Virus record (IMG/VR): IMGVR_UViG_2541047698_000018
DNA from: a virus
Taxonomy: Duplodnaviria > Heunggongvirae > Uroviricota > Caudoviricetes
DNA length: 42,267 nucleotides
Direction: 5' to 3' (one strand)
The translations under genes were made by a program, and so were the position numbers. Below are positions 1 through 9,638 of the stretch, one piece after another. The first letter of the stretch is position 1; each line of letters starts with the position of its first letter. The notes below the pieces were generated by a model that worked only from the letters and a program-made list of their open reading frames with translations, was not told the DNA's origin and ran no database searches.

Positions 1-267
1 ATGCGCAGAAAAGAATCAAACGTTAGCAGTTTGCCGGAACTCACCAATTTTGAGGTAAGCTATTCCCTAGTTACCAATGAAGTTTACTTGTCTGCATCCT
101 TCACTGATAACATGGCCTGTATACCAAACTGGCCCTTACAAGAATTTCCGGATCAACTAATATGCATTTCTCGAGCAAAAGCTATTGCCCTAATCGAAGA
201 GCTCCAGAAAACCATCGACTATATGGACGCAGGAATCGATCGACAATCAGGTAGCCTGCTCCAGTAG
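1..267 (+). CDS. C-terminal fragment of hypothetical protein (5' end outside window)
   Basis: ORF open to window start (88 codons); AT-rich; no motif recognised. Confidence 0.3.
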   Translation: MRRKESNVSSLPELTNFEVSYSLVTNEVYLSASFTDNMACIPNWPLQEFPDQLICISRAKAIALIEELQKTIDYMDAGIDRQSGSLLQ

Positions 268-401
268 CTGGCGAGTTTTATACTCGTTCCCTGCAACAAT
301 GGGCTTTTGGTAAGGCACTCACAAATAAGGAATTCGTTAAGGTTTTTGTTCTGGAGACTCTGAAAGATACAAGGAATCAGTTGATGGCTGGTTTGATCAT
401 A

Positions 402-440
402 CTAATTAATATATTGTCAGACTCACAATATATTAATTAG
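402..440. repeat. Perfect 16-bp inverted repeat with 7-bp spacer; candidate operator upstream of cargo gene
   Basis: ctaattaatatattgt-cagactc-acaatatattaattag; arms are exact reverse complements. Confidence 0.5.
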
Positions 441-568
441 TGGTAGAACATAAAACCGAGTTCTTGACTTTCAATAGCTATTATATGCGATCAACAACCT
501 TAACCACCTTCTTATATTTTATGAGATACTCAAACAATTTAAATTTATGAGCAAAGGAAAATAATAAA

Positions 569-1414
569 GTGAATAAAAATCCCTGGGATATTCCAGCATG
601 GCACGCTCTGGGCCGAGAAGCATCTTTAGTTACACAGCTCATTGGTTCTGGGGCAACAGCCATAGGTAAAGCCAATTATGCAGACAAAATAGGTGAATAT
701 TACACAGCATTTTTTGGGCTTTCTGTAGGTTTTGAGAGACTTGCTAAACTAATACTTGTTGCACACTATGCCATTGAACACAAAGGGAAAATGCCTGACG
801 AGAATATTGTAAGAAAATTTGGACATAAGCTCATTGAATTAACCAACGAGGTTGATAGTATTTCTAAAAAAATGCAACTATCTCTGAGATATTCACGTCC
901 TACACATAAAATTACCTACAAAATACTTGAATGTTTAGATTCCTTTGCTGATGCCCGACGGGGACGTTACGCAAATTTCTCCTCATTAAGCAGCCCCAAT
1001 TTAACCGATAATGAACCTATTAATAAATGGTGGGGAGAAGTAGCCGAGAGTATCCTTGAAAAACATTATTATTATACAGTTGAACAAAGACGTGTTGAAG
1101 AAAATGCTAGGTTTATCAATGCCACTCTTTCACCGTATACAACGGTCATGTATATGAATGAAAGTACCAACATTATGCAAGACCTTATATCAGCCTCCAT
1201 CCGTACTGGACAAAATACCATTGTTCAAAAGTGGGGAAGATTCTATTCTCTTAGCATCGCTCGTTGGCTTGCCACAGTATTAGCAGAACTGTCTGATATA
1301 GCTTCTCATAAATATGGAATAATTAGTTTTTATGGCCTTAGTGAACATTGTTGCAGTTATATAGTTGAAGATAGTTTTTTAAAAAACAGAAAAATATGGC
1401 CACTTCGCCAATAG
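569..1414 (+). CDS. Hypothetical AT-rich cargo protein (281 aa)
   Basis: Intact ORF, GTG start with AAGGA Shine-Dalgarno upstream; AT-rich unlike neighbouring tail genes; sits where e14 carries mcrA next to pin. Confidence 0.5.
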   Translation: MNKNPWDIPAWHALGREASLVTQLIGSGATAIGKANYADKIGEYYTAFFGLSVGFERLAKLILVAHYAIEHKGKMPDENIVRKFGHKLIELTNEVDSISKKMQLSLRYSRPTHKITYKILECLDSFADARRGRYANFSSLSSPNLTDNEPINKWWGEVAESILEKHYYYTVEQRRVEENARFINATLSPYTTVMYMNESTNIMQDLISASIRTGQNTIVQKWGRFYSLSIARWLATVLAELSDIASHKYGIISFYGLSEHCCSYIVEDSFLKNRKIWPLRQ

Positions 1415-1418
1415 TTAA

Positions 1419-1733
1419 CTAGAAAATCTTCATAAGGGGGAGAAATCCCCCACCTGTAATAACATCACTACTAAAATTAACACCTTGTTCGCACAACTCC
1501 TCCACCAGCACGACAAGATGCCGCACACTGCGCCCCAGCCGATCCAGCTTCCAGACAACCAGAGTGTCACCTGCCGATAATGTCCTGAGCAGTTTTTTCA
1601 GTCCCGGCCTTTCGGACTTTGTACCGCTTATCTTGTCTTCAAAAATCAGCTCGCATCCTGCACAGTTCAACGCATTACGTTGTAGATCGGTATTCTGGTC
1701 ATTTGTTGATACGCGTACATAGCCAATAAGCAT
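1419..1733 (-). pseudogene. pin: DNA invertase (Pin/Gin/Hin serine recombinase), 3'-truncated
   Basis: MLIGYVRVSTNDQNTDLQRN...LVVWKLDRLGRS matches Pin/Gin N-terminus including catalytic Ser motif; similarity ends near residue 88, ORF stops at about 105 aa vs about 185 aa expected; C-terminal DNA-binding domain absent. Confidence 0.75.
1436..1451. other. GC hairpin (ggggga-gaaa-tccccc) at cargo/invertase junction
   Basis: 6-bp G/C stem with GAAA loop 22 nt after the cargo stop; coincides with the point where invertase homology is lost. Confidence 0.4.
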
Positions 1734-1789
1734 GGTAGATCTCCCTGACAAAAGCAGGAATGATGCCATTTGCTCGTTATTTCTGCATT

Positions 1790-1813
1790 TTCATAAACGT
1801 TGGTTTGGGAGAA
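1790..1813. repeat. gix/hix-like inversion site (left)
   Basis: ttcataaacgttggtttgggagaa; inverted copy at 3656-3680; encodes N-V-G-L-G-E in frame in the alternate fibre cassette. Confidence 0.6.
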
Positions 1814-2152
1814 GCGGCAAAAAGGAATGTGGGGACAGGGACGAATCAGATACCTGATATGGGTAGCTTCACGCTTTCTGTTTCAGGTACTGGATATCAA
1901 AAATTACCATCTGGTTTTATTCTTCAGTGGGGCTCAATCGGCGCATCAGGCATTGCACAGGATGTGGTAACCCATTTTCCGATTGCATTTCCAAACCGAT
2001 GTCTGCGTGTTTTGGTCTCACAAGACTACACACCAGATAGCGGGGCTGTTGGTTATATTGCCTGTGCAGGTTTTAGTCCCGACCCGGTTAAATTTATATC
2101 CAGAGCCAGTACTCCTGGCCTCGGCGCTTCATTTTTAGCGTTAGGCTGTTAA
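1790..2152 (+). CDS. Alternate tail-fibre C-terminal cassette (promoterless, inside invertible segment)
   Basis: Open frame from the gix-like site; ...[24 protein letters not shown]... parallels ...[11 protein letters not shown]... in the expressed fibre. Confidence 0.6.
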   Translation, partial: FINVGLGEAAKRNVGTGTNQIPDMGSFTLSVSGTGYQKLPSGFILQWGSIGASGIAQDVVTHFPIAFPNRCLRVLVSQDYTPDSGAVGYIACAGFSPDPVKFISRASTPGLGASFLALGC

Positions 2153-2173
2153 TTTAGCTATATGGAGTGAAAA

Positions 2174-2614
2174 ATGAATTACATATATTCCGCGACTACA
2201 AACTCTTTCTATCCGCTGGAGATGAAAGAGGATTACACTCAAGCTGACTCATGGCCAGATGATGCTGTTGAAGTTGATGAGCAAGTGTATATTGAGTTTT
2301 CCGGATTACCGCCGGAAGGAAAAATCCGTATCGCTGGAGAAAATGGTTTTCCTGCATGGTCTGAAATTCCACCACCAACACATGAGGAACAGATTGCTGC
2401 AGCCGAACTGGAAAAGCAGCAACTGATTAATCAGGCCAACGATTATATGAACAGTAAACAATGGCCTGGTAAAGCGGCTATTGGTCGTCTGAAAGGTGAG
2501 GAACTGGCGCAATATAATCTGTGGCTGGATTATCTGGACGCACTGGAGCTGGTCGATACTTCCAGTGCGCCAGATATTGAATGGCCTACGCCTCCGGCAG
2601 TTCAGGCCAGATGA
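2174..2614 (+). CDS. Tail fibre assembly protein (alternate copy)
   Basis: 146 aa directly after alternate fibre cassette; C-terminal ...LDYLDALELVDTSSAPDIEWPTPP shared with the minus-strand Tfa. Confidence 0.7.
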   Translation: MNYIYSATTNSFYPLEMKEDYTQADSWPDDAVEVDEQVYIEFSGLPPEGKIRIAGENGFPAWSEIPPPTHEEQIAAAELEKQQLINQANDYMNSKQWPGKAAIGRLKGEELAQYNLWLDYLDALELVDTSSAPDIEWPTPPAVQAR

Positions 2615-3188
2615 CATCCGGCGCGGTGCTGGTATCTGTTGCCGTCACCGCGTCAATGTAATCCAGCACAGCGTTAAGCCGGGTTGTTTCTGCCTGCGTC
2701 AGTTTCCGCCCGGCCTGTAATTTCAGCTGAATCAGACTAATGGAAGCCATTGCTGCATCAATCAGTGACTGGCGCTGTGCTTCTGCCGCTTCTACTGCGG
2801 CACCGTGTTGTGCCTCAGAATCTGTCACCCATTTCTCACCATCCCATTTATCATATGGCGTTAACGGGACGATAGTGGTTGTATTTTCAGGGTAATCACC
2901 CGGAGCTGTGATTTCTTTTGCTTCTCCTGTTTCGGTGCTATAGATAATTTCACCGCGATGGTCTGGCATATATTCCCATGAGTTTAAATCTACTGAACGG
3001 CAGATTGCATAACCAGCCTTATATGTGCCAGGAGCATCTAAACAGGAATATGCCGGGATACCGACACCAACGGCAAGATATTCATTTGAAGTGGAAATAT
3101 ATTCCCGTGTTTCACCATCATAGTTATAGACGGTAATATTCCCCGCCTTCGTGGCAATAAGTTCGCTATTTAATACGGCTTTATCCAT
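2586..3188 (-). CDS. Tail fibre assembly protein
   Basis: 200 aa immediately after fibre gene; C-terminal ...LDYIDAVTATDTSTAPDVIWPELP. Confidence 0.7.
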   Translation of the reverse strand: MDKAVLNSELIATKAGNITVYNYDGETREYISTSNEYLAVGVGIPAYSCLDAPGTYKAGYAICRSVDLNSWEYMPDHRGEIIYSTETGEAKEITAPGDYPENTTTIVPLTPYDKWDGEKWVTDSEAQHGAAVEAAEAQRQSLIDAAMASISLIQLKLQAGRKLTQAETTRLNAVLDYIDAVTATDTSTAPDVIWPELPEA

Positions 3189-4024
3189 TATGCAGCTCTC
3201 ACGATATAGTTAAATGCAATATTTCGTGGACGGGTTTCGCTCCCACCTGTGTTACCAATACTCCCTCGTGTATGTAGCGTTGGTGATGGAATCAGGGTTC
3301 CTCCGGCATCGGCAGCATCAAGCCCCCGGCCTTGCGTATATGCTCTTCTGAAGATTGTCGCCAGTTCCCATTCCTCTTTTGAATCATACCCATCGTTGGC
3401 AACAACAATATGGCGGTGTTTTTCCAGCATCCCAGTCTGAATGCTCAATAAAGCACGTCCTGCATCAATACCACGCCCGTCATCCCATCCACGAATAAAC
3501 TCACCACGGAGATCAGGTAGTTTCCCTGATGGATATGCTGTAGCAAGATGGGGATATTTCACCTTATCAAAGGCAGCGCCGTTGCATTTCAGCCAGCCCG
3601 TTGGCGGGGTTGCGGAGGGCCACGGAACAGGCACACCAACAGGTAATGCAGAGCCTTCTCCCAAACCAAGGTTTTTGAGAGCCGTTTTCACCGTGCCATC
3701 CGATTTGATATCACCAAACGGATTCTTGCGGCTCAGGTATTCAACAGCAAACCCCGATCCCAGCAATTCAACAAAACCGGGCAGATCACCATTATCAAGC
3801 ACATCCCGTTGCGTTTTATCACTTACAAACTGGGCCAGAGCTGCAGCAATAAAGCTGGCCTGCCGAATAACCTTATTGACTTGCGCACTGGAGGCTTTCC
3901 CTGCTGTAAATCCGGATAAAAGCGCGGGCAACGCTTCCCATTCCTCCTGCGATATAACATTGGCATTTCGATCCGTTGCAAACGCTTTAAAGTCATTTTT
4001 CGCCATCAGAGTAATACTCCCCAT
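3188..4024 (-). CDS. Tail fibre protein (currently expressed orientation)
   Basis: 278 aa; constant N-terminus, variable C-terminus beginning at the gix-like site; followed by Tfa. Confidence 0.75.
   Translation of the reverse strand: MGSITLMAKNDFKAFATDRNANVISQEEWEALPALLSGFTAGKASSAQVNKVIRQASFIAAALAQFVSDKTQRDVLDNGDLPGFVELLGSGFAVEYLSRKNPFGDIKSDGTVKTALKNLGLGEGSALPVGVPVPWPSATPPTGWLKCNGAAFDKVKYPHLATAYPSGKLPDLRGEFIRGWDDGRGIDAGRALLSIQTGMLEKHRHIVVANDGYDSKEEWELATIFRRAYTQGRGLDAADAGGTLIPSPTLHTRGSIGNTGGSETRPRNIAFNYIVRAA
3656..3680. repeat. gix/hix-like inversion site (right), inside fibre gene
   Basis: ttctcccaaaccaaggtttttgaga is the near-exact reverse complement of 1790-1813. Confidence 0.6.
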
Positions 4025-4686
4025 GCTCCTACATCAAAACCACTGATGAATTCGTTATCCATATCAAAACCAAAAAATTTTGAGCCTTCCGATGGGGTTT
4101 CCACCGAAGGTGTTTCAATGCCACCCGCCCATACCCCGGCGGCTTTTACTGTGAGATACCCCTGTTTAATTGCCGCAATTAACTCACGCGATACATCTGA
4201 AATATCAGTATCAGGAAAGACCCAGACCGATATCGTCATGTCCTGGTTATCGACTATCTGCATTCGCAGCCCGGATCCTGCTGTTGCAGCGTCAAGAATT
4301 GCCGGAAGCGAATCATTCCGTCCATCCCAGTTATTAATCGCAATCTTCGCTTTAAGAATGACACGATAAGTTTCATCGCTGAGATACATGTATCCTGAAT
4401 CAGGATCGTATGGTCCCTGCCATACCCCCTGATCATATCCAAGCCCGTCGGTATCCCAGCTGAAATAGACACCTGAGATAGGCTGGCTGACAACACGGCT
4501 ACGTCCGATCCACAATCCAAGAATGTCAAGTTGCACACCAACCGCAGAGTCAATATCAAATGCAGTAATCAGCCCTCTGGTGGCAGCCGCAACATCAATA
4601 AGTGGCCGGGTCATCAGATCAACATGCGCAAGAAATTTAGGTTTGGTGGCGTGGTAGTTCGTGATTAGTTCGGTGTATTTGCTCAT
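4006..4686 (-). CDS. Baseplate/tail protein (YmfQ / Mu gp48-like position)
   Basis: 226 aa between J-like baseplate gene and fibre gene. Confidence 0.5.
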   Translation of the reverse strand: MSKYTELITNYHATKPKFLAHVDLMTRPLIDVAAATRGLITAFDIDSAVGVQLDILGLWIGRSRVVSQPISGVYFSWDTDGLGYDQGVWQGPYDPDSGYMYLSDETYRVILKAKIAINNWDGRNDSLPAILDAATAGSGLRMQIVDNQDMTISVWVFPDTDISDVSRELIAAIKQGYLTVKAAGVWAGGIETPSVETPSEGSKFFGFDMDNEFISGFDVGAWGVLL

Positions 4687-5882
4687 GACTCCACCGTTAT
4701 AACGATATTTCCCGGGGTACAGGACGCAGATTCGTTGTATCTGATATCAATGTTTGATGACGACAAAGCCCCCGGGGATTTCCCAATCGTCAGTTCCTGA
4801 ATATCGTAATAGCGTGCATTCCCGCTACTCACCACGCCAAGATTCGCCGGTGAGTAAATGCGACTTAAAAGGACCGAATCACCAATCATCAGACTATTGA
4901 TATAGTCGGAAATAGCCTGCTGGATCTGCTGCCCTATCTGTGAGGTATAACCCGTAAAAACTTTTAATTTAATCCGGGCGTAAACAGGCACATCACTGGA
5001 ACGCGAGAATTTGATTACATGGGGATTGCCGTATTTATCCGGAACCGTAACGGATGTTGTACCGTGAGTGGCTGTCCCCTGGCCTTTATTTCCTCTGATA
5101 GCCTGAGCAATATCCGTCACATCACCGCCATCCACAATTACAGCAACAGAGTGTGGCGGTAACCCGTTACCGTCCTCCGAACCAGTATCGTTTTCATAGA
5201 GTTTGTGGCGGGTTACACCGGTAACATTAGAAACAGCACCATCCAGTGCTTCAAATGGGGTTATTGATGGCAACGCAACACTTTGCGACTGGCGGATACG
5301 TAACTCCGCATCAGTTTCTGCTGGAGTGCCTACAGTAGCTGCAGCAGGATTGGTTACCGAAACCCAGCCACGGGTTGGCGTATTAATTTCAGTGATAGTT
5401 CCAGCCAGCGCCGCCACTGCACCACTGACGGAACATTTTGCGGTCACCATCACTGTACCATCCACGCCGACCACCACTGAAGCAGGCAAACGCCATATCA
5501 CATTATTACTGTCTTTCACGCTGCCATTAATGATGGTTGTTCCGGCAGTTCCTGTAAGAAGCAAATCAACCGTAGAATTCGTCGCGCCTTTACGTGAAAT
5601 ACCATTTATTTTCACGTTACTGGTCAGTGCAGCCCCATAGCCGGTTGCCGGTGAAAAACAGTTGTAGACAGTTATCGCCATATTATTGGCATCATGAATC
5701 GCCAGCGCCATCAGAGCCACCATCTGGCCGTCTTTGCTGTCCGGTTCGAGGTAGGCATCACTGCCATAAATCTGCTGAAAATAGCTAATCAGGGTGCTGA
5801 GTATCGTCTGATAATCAGGCGCACTGATCCCCTCCGCGGTTACCTTTGCAGATAAACCGAGAGAATCAAGGTTCAGAGCCAT
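4683..5882 (-). CDS. Baseplate J-like protein
   Basis: 399 aa; size and position match Mu gp47 / P2 J family. Confidence 0.6.
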   Translation of the reverse strand: MALNLDSLGLSAKVTAEGISAPDYQTILSTLISYFQQIYGSDAYLEPDSKDGQMVALMALAIHDANNMAITVYNCFSPATGYGAALTSNVKINGISRKGATNSTVDLLLTGTAGTTIINGSVKDSNNVIWRLPASVVVGVDGTVMVTAKCSVSGAVAALAGTITEINTPTRGWVSVTNPAAATVGTPAETDAELRIRQSQSVALPSITPFEALDGAVSNVTGVTRHKLYENDTGSEDGNGLPPHSVAVIVDGGDVTDIAQAIRGNKGQGTATHGTTSVTVPDKYGNPHVIKFSRSSDVPVYARIKLKVFTGYTSQIGQQIQQAISDYINSLMIGDSVLLSRIYSPANLGVVSSGNARYYDIQELTIGKSPGALSSSNIDIRYNESASCTPGNIVITVES

Positions 5883-6235
5883 TACGCCTCCGATGTAACA
5901 GTCGTTATTCCATAAAGAGTGTCGATTTCAGCGGAAAACATGACACGTCGGGTCGTGGTATCCACCGTCGTATTGAAAGAGAGGATTGATTTAACGCCCC
6001 GCGTTTCGAGGATGCGCTTACGGATCGCCAGGTTGTAGGTTTCCGGCTTCTGCTTACCGAGCACAGACTGGATCCACGGAGTCCCTTCGGTGATATCGAG
6101 AAACCATTGCCCATACCACAATTCGAATCGCGTTTTTACCGCTTGCGCCACGGCCTCCGGTGAGTTAATCAGCCAGGTGTCATCACCGCTGCCAAAGGTG
6201 TAATCGCCATCGGCGTCTTCACGTCTGTATCGCAT
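5882..6235 (-). CDS. Baseplate protein (Mu gp46-like)
   Basis: 117 aa between spike and J-like genes, translationally coupled. Confidence 0.5.
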   Translation of the reverse strand: MRYRREDADGDYTFGSGDDTWLINSPEAVAQAVKTRFELWYGQWFLDITEGTPWIQSVLGKQKPETYNLAIRKRILETRGVKSILSFNTTVDTTTRRVMFSAEIDTLYGITTVTSEA

Positions 6236-6987
6236 CAGTTTACCCCGTCGGTACTGCTTCCACCGCGCTGAACACCGCCATGAGTGTGCGTATCATCGAT
6301 TGGCTTGCCGTTAGCCTTCACGCTACCCAAAAACTCAACAGCACCAGTGATTTTTGAAGCCACACCAGAAACAACAGACCCCACCATGCCCCCCATCCAG
6401 GTTAACAGGCCATGAATGGTTACTTTCTCAGAAAAATCAGCCAGAGGGGCAACCACATCAAGACCACCCGGGGCGACAATTTTAATTTTCCGGGTATCAG
6501 GATTAAGATCAAAATAGGTGCTGCCGTCGTCACTACGCAACTGTGTGGCACTGGTATTAATACCGCTAATCTTCCTCGCCTGCGACTGGGGACCGACAAT
6601 ACAAAACGCATCCGATAAATCATGCATTCTGTCATCGACCGGCTCCTGTATCCCACCGCTCTGCCACCAGAAATCAATACAACGATCGGCAAAAACGACA
6701 AGACACTCATCCCCGGCTTTAACCGGAAAAGTCAACGTACAGCCTCCGCCGCGCGGAAATACCACAGGCACATCCACCAGCAACGGGTAATTTTTGGTAA
6801 TGCGGTTACCGTCGTTATCCTTTTCAACCGAACGGATAGCTGGCTGCACAACCGCCGTCACCGCGTCGGGATCGAATGACTGAACAATGCCAGGCAAGGC
6901 GACACGGATCTGGTTCTTTGTTGTTTCCCGTTCAGATTTGAATGTTTCGGCAAGGTCGCCGCTGCGGGTCTGGTCAGATACTGCCAT
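6235..6987 (-). CDS. Baseplate spike/assembly protein (V-like)
   Basis: 250 aa, Gly-rich C-terminus; position matches Mu gp45. Confidence 0.5.
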   Translation of the reverse strand: MAVSDQTRSGDLAETFKSERETTKNQIRVALPGIVQSFDPDAVTAVVQPAIRSVEKDNDGNRITKNYPLLVDVPVVFPRGGGCTLTFPVKAGDECLVVFADRCIDFWWQSGGIQEPVDDRMHDLSDAFCIVGPQSQARKISGINTSATQLRSDDGSTYFDLNPDTRKIKIVAPGGLDVVAPLADFSEKVTIHGLLTWMGGMVGSVVSGVASKITGAVEFLGSVKANGKPIDDTHTHGGVQRGGSSTDGVN

Positions 6988-7004
6988 TTAGTAGGCTCCA
7001 GAAA

Positions 7005-7028
7005 GCAAAAAACCCGCCGGGTGGCGGG
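7005..7028 (-). terminator. Rho-independent terminator after membrane-protein moron
   Basis: Stem cccgcc-gggt-ggcggg followed by a U-run on the minus-strand transcript; 19 nt downstream of 7047 stop. Confidence 0.6.
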
Positions 7029-7046
7029 TTCATTATTGAAGTTTCA

Positions 7047-7286
7047 TTACTGCTTGTTTGCTTCTAACGCTTCAGCTATTCGGCGAAGATACTCATTGTT
7101 TTTAAATGAAACCATGATGCACTCAAAGAATATTCGGCAAAATACAGCACATAACAAAAGCACTAAAGCGCCAGCAGCCTTCCCATTAACAAACGTTATA
7201 ATGGCGGCAACAACCAGAAGTAACATTGTGATGCCATACAGAACGTTGATGATTTTTGGAGTTATTAATTTATCAAATCCGAACAT
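7047..7286 (-). CDS. Small inner-membrane protein (moron)
   Basis: 79 aa, two hydrophobic helices; AT-rich; own terminator; inserted between baseplate hub and spike genes. Confidence 0.5.
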   Translation of the reverse strand: MFGFDKLITPKIINVLYGITMLLLVVAAIITFVNGKAAGALVLLLCAVFCRIFFECIMVSFKNNEYLRRIAEALEANKQ

Positions 7287-7339
7287 GCGACAAATTCCTT
7301 ATCGTGAAAGTAGAAGTATCACATTATAATTACGAGTGA

Positions 7340-7681
7340 TTAATCAACAATCTTTTTGCATGGAAAGGAACCGATGATTTTCGGCGCATCCATGCTGTTC
7401 TGCAGCAGTTGGACATTCAGGAATCGCGTTTCGGTACCAGGGCGACGAATGTATTCAAAGCCGTAGTTGTTACCGTCTTTGGCAGGCATAAGCCCCATGT
7501 CTACTTTCAAACCATTGGTACCCAGTTCGGTGATTTTTTGAGAGGTAACTCTTTCACCGTTGATTGTCGATAACTCGCCCTGGTTTGCAACCATAGTGTA
7601 GCCACCGCATTTAACCGTGAAGCCATCCGCCCACGCGCTGCACGCAGAAAAGACAGCTAACAGAAAAATAATACCCCTCAT
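7340..7681 (-). CDS. Secreted/periplasmic protein with signal peptide (moron)
   Basis: 113 aa; N-terminal MRGIIFLLAVFSACSAWA signal-like segment; two Cys (positions 25 and 109). Confidence 0.5.
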   Translation of the reverse strand: MRGIIFLLAVFSACSAWADGFTVKCGGYTMVANQGELSTINGERVTSQKITELGTNGLKVDMGLMPAKDGNNYGFEYIRRPGTETRFLNVQLLQNSMDAPKIIGSFPCKKIVD

Positions 7682-7684
7682 TGC

Positions 7685-8746
7685 TCATCCCCTTTGCAAA
7701 GCCGATTGCGTATACAGATCCGCCGCGCCACGCGCTTCGCACATCATATCCATGTACCACGCCTGGCCCCTTGTGTCGCCAGTGTACATAATCCCGCGTA
7801 CAATATAAACGCCATCCGTTGCGATGCTGGCAGGCTGCGCGGCGGTACCGCTGAGCGTGATATTTCCGTCCGTGTTCTGGTCGGTGATCTGACCACCAGC
7901 CATCGCAATATCGTTGTTCGACAACGCGGTACGATAGACGGAAGCCTGATCCAGCTGAATGAGCCCGTTAACCCGGATGTTCGGATTAATAAGCGCGCGG
8001 ACGTTTACGCCGTTGCCGATGGTCTGCTGCGGCATGCCAATAAGCCCGGTAGCACTGTTGAGCACAATCGCTTCGTGAACATATTCATTAGTCGCCACCA
8101 TCTGGCGCTGACCGTCCACGAATTGCCATGTTGCGCCACATTGCCCGGCTACGTTATCCATTAGATGCCGCGTCATGCCAAAGAGCACCCGCCCCCGGGG
8201 GAATACAGTAGCAGGCATTTCAGGCGTCAGGCCTTCGGTCGCGCCTTTGGCTTCAAAGTCTTTCATCAGCGCACGGTTTACATCAGCGACCGTGTAACCG
8301 GCAGCCAGCGTCTGTGAGGTTATACTGGTGGCAAAAGCCAGATCTGTATCGGCTGCCTGAATCAGGACGTAGGAATCAACCGGACTGTCTTTTCCTGTGA
8401 CCGAGTAGCGAATTTCACCGCTGAAAATCAGTCCGTAGTTGCGACCATCACTCTGGCCCACGTCCGCCGCGTCAACTTCCCGCACTGTCCCGACGTCGCT
8501 TGCCGACACCTCCGGCGCGATACCGTCGTAACCCGCAATCAGACGCACTTTCGAAAACTCCCGCCCGGTGATTCGGTTCACAGTATCTGCCGAGAGGTTA
8601 TAAATTTTGATAGTCCCTACCCGGGACGCGCTGCTGATGTTGAACCAGTCGATCGTAAAGGTGACTTTAAAATCACTTAGCTCAATTCCCTGACCGTTCT
8701 CGTCCACAAGCTGCAGCTCGAAATGTCTCATCCAGTTCTGTGACAT
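7685..8746 (-). CDS. Baseplate hub protein (Mu gp44-like position)
   Basis: 353 aa downstream of tape measure cluster. Confidence 0.5.
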   Translation of the reverse strand: MSQNWMRHFELQLVDENGQGIELSDFKVTFTIDWFNISSASRVGTIKIYNLSADTVNRITGREFSKVRLIAGYDGIAPEVSASDVGTVREVDAADVGQSDGRNYGLIFSGEIRYSVTGKDSPVDSYVLIQAADTDLAFATSITSQTLAAGYTVADVNRALMKDFEAKGATEGLTPEMPATVFPRGRVLFGMTRHLMDNVAGQCGATWQFVDGQRQMVATNEYVHEAIVLNSATGLIGMPQQTIGNGVNVRALINPNIRVNGLIQLDQASVYRTALSNNDIAMAGGQITDQNTDGNITLSGTAAQPASIATDGVYIVRGIMYTGDTRGQAWYMDMMCEARGAADLYTQSALQRG

Positions 8747-8748
8747 AC

Positions 8749-9051
8749 TTACTCCGTTGATACCAGTAAATGGCTGCGACTGCCCAGGTCAGTTTTCGTG
8801 GGATAATCCTGTGTGTTGTCATCGCAGACCACCAACAGCTTAAAACCAAGCCCCATACAGGCGTACTGCGCCAGCAGGTCAGCGCCAGTGACGAGAGGAA
8901 TACCGGAGATTACCGGCTCCCCTCTGTCATTCTGCAGGTCCATAATCCAGTAAAGATCGCGCCATATGATGCTAATCCGCCAAGTGACACCACCCAGGAC
9001 GATGCTGAACTGCTGATTGTCCGCTGTCAGCGGAATTTCCTGAATTGTCAT
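8749..9051 (-). CDS. Tail protein (small)
   Basis: 100 aa, translationally coupled within tail operon. Confidence 0.4.
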   Translation of the reverse strand: MTIQEIPLTADNQQFSIVLGGVTWRISIIWRDLYWIMDLQNDRGEPVISGIPLVTGADLLAQYACMGLGFKLLVVCDDNTQDYPTKTDLGSRSHLLVSTE

Positions 9052-9638
9052 TATCCGCCTCCCAGTAATGACTCCACGTTACCCGTGATGCTTTTCAGCA
9101 GTGAAGTATCTGGAGGCTTTGTGGTTTTGTTGCCGCTATTCTGTACCGCCGACGTGCTGACCCCTTCCTTCATGTTGGTTTTATCCGCGACGGTAATCTG
9201 CTGTGTCCGGGAGATAAGGACCTCCCTCAGGGTGAGGACGGCGGACAGGACGTTTTCGGTTGTCTTGTCCGTCGTCACTTCCAGCGCCCGGATCAACATG
9301 TTGCTGTACAGTCGTTTACCGGTTACCACATCGAAGGGGATACGGCTTTCCTGCAGATCCAGTAGCTCCTGATACGTCTGCTGAGGACTCAGGCCGAGCA
9401 GGCTGGTAGCCGTCAGATTACTGGCAAAATCCAGCAATGCGCCGCCACCGGCGAAACCAACCTCCATCACCACTTCTGACGGTTTTTTATAGGCATGATC
9501 AGCGACAGCGGCCCCAACCTCTACCGGATGCTCTGTTATTTCAAGCATATCTGTATGCTTCTCTGAAATAACAACACTGGGAACAATCATTCCTATTTTT
9601 CTGCTCTGCTGATGAAAAAGTGTAGAGAGAATATCCAC
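9051..9638 (-). CDS. Tail protein (DNA-circulation/gp43-like position)
   Basis: 195 aa directly after tape measure gene. Confidence 0.4.
   Translation of the reverse strand: MDILSTLFHQQSRKIGMIVPSVVISEKHTDMLEITEHPVEVGAAVADHAYKKPSEVVMEVGFAGGGALLDFASNLTATSLLGLSPQQTYQELLDLQESRIPFDVVTGKRLYSNMLIRALEVTTDKTTENVLSAVLTLREVLISRTQQITVADKTNMKEGVSTSAVQNSGNKTTKPPDTSLLKSITGNVESLLGGG

Noticed and set aside
1419-1470. IS element or transposon as cause of the invertase truncation
   Set aside because: No transposase ORF or terminal inverted repeats flank the junction; only a short GC hairpin is present.
1760-1789. ATG at 1760 as start of an independently expressed tail-fibre fragment
   Set aside because: The segment is a promoterless C-terminal cassette expressed only after inversion fuses it to the constant fibre N-terminus; the ATG overlaps the invertase start region.
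5203-5640. 145-aa plus-strand ORF inside the baseplate J-like gene (similar antisense ORFs at 10916-11425, 17384-18085, 26968-27645, 32625-33182, 35024-35587)
   Set aside because: Each is embedded antisense in a long, well-supported gene, has low-complexity Ala/Pro/Ser/Arg-rich translation typical of GC-rich antisense frames, and lacks start context.
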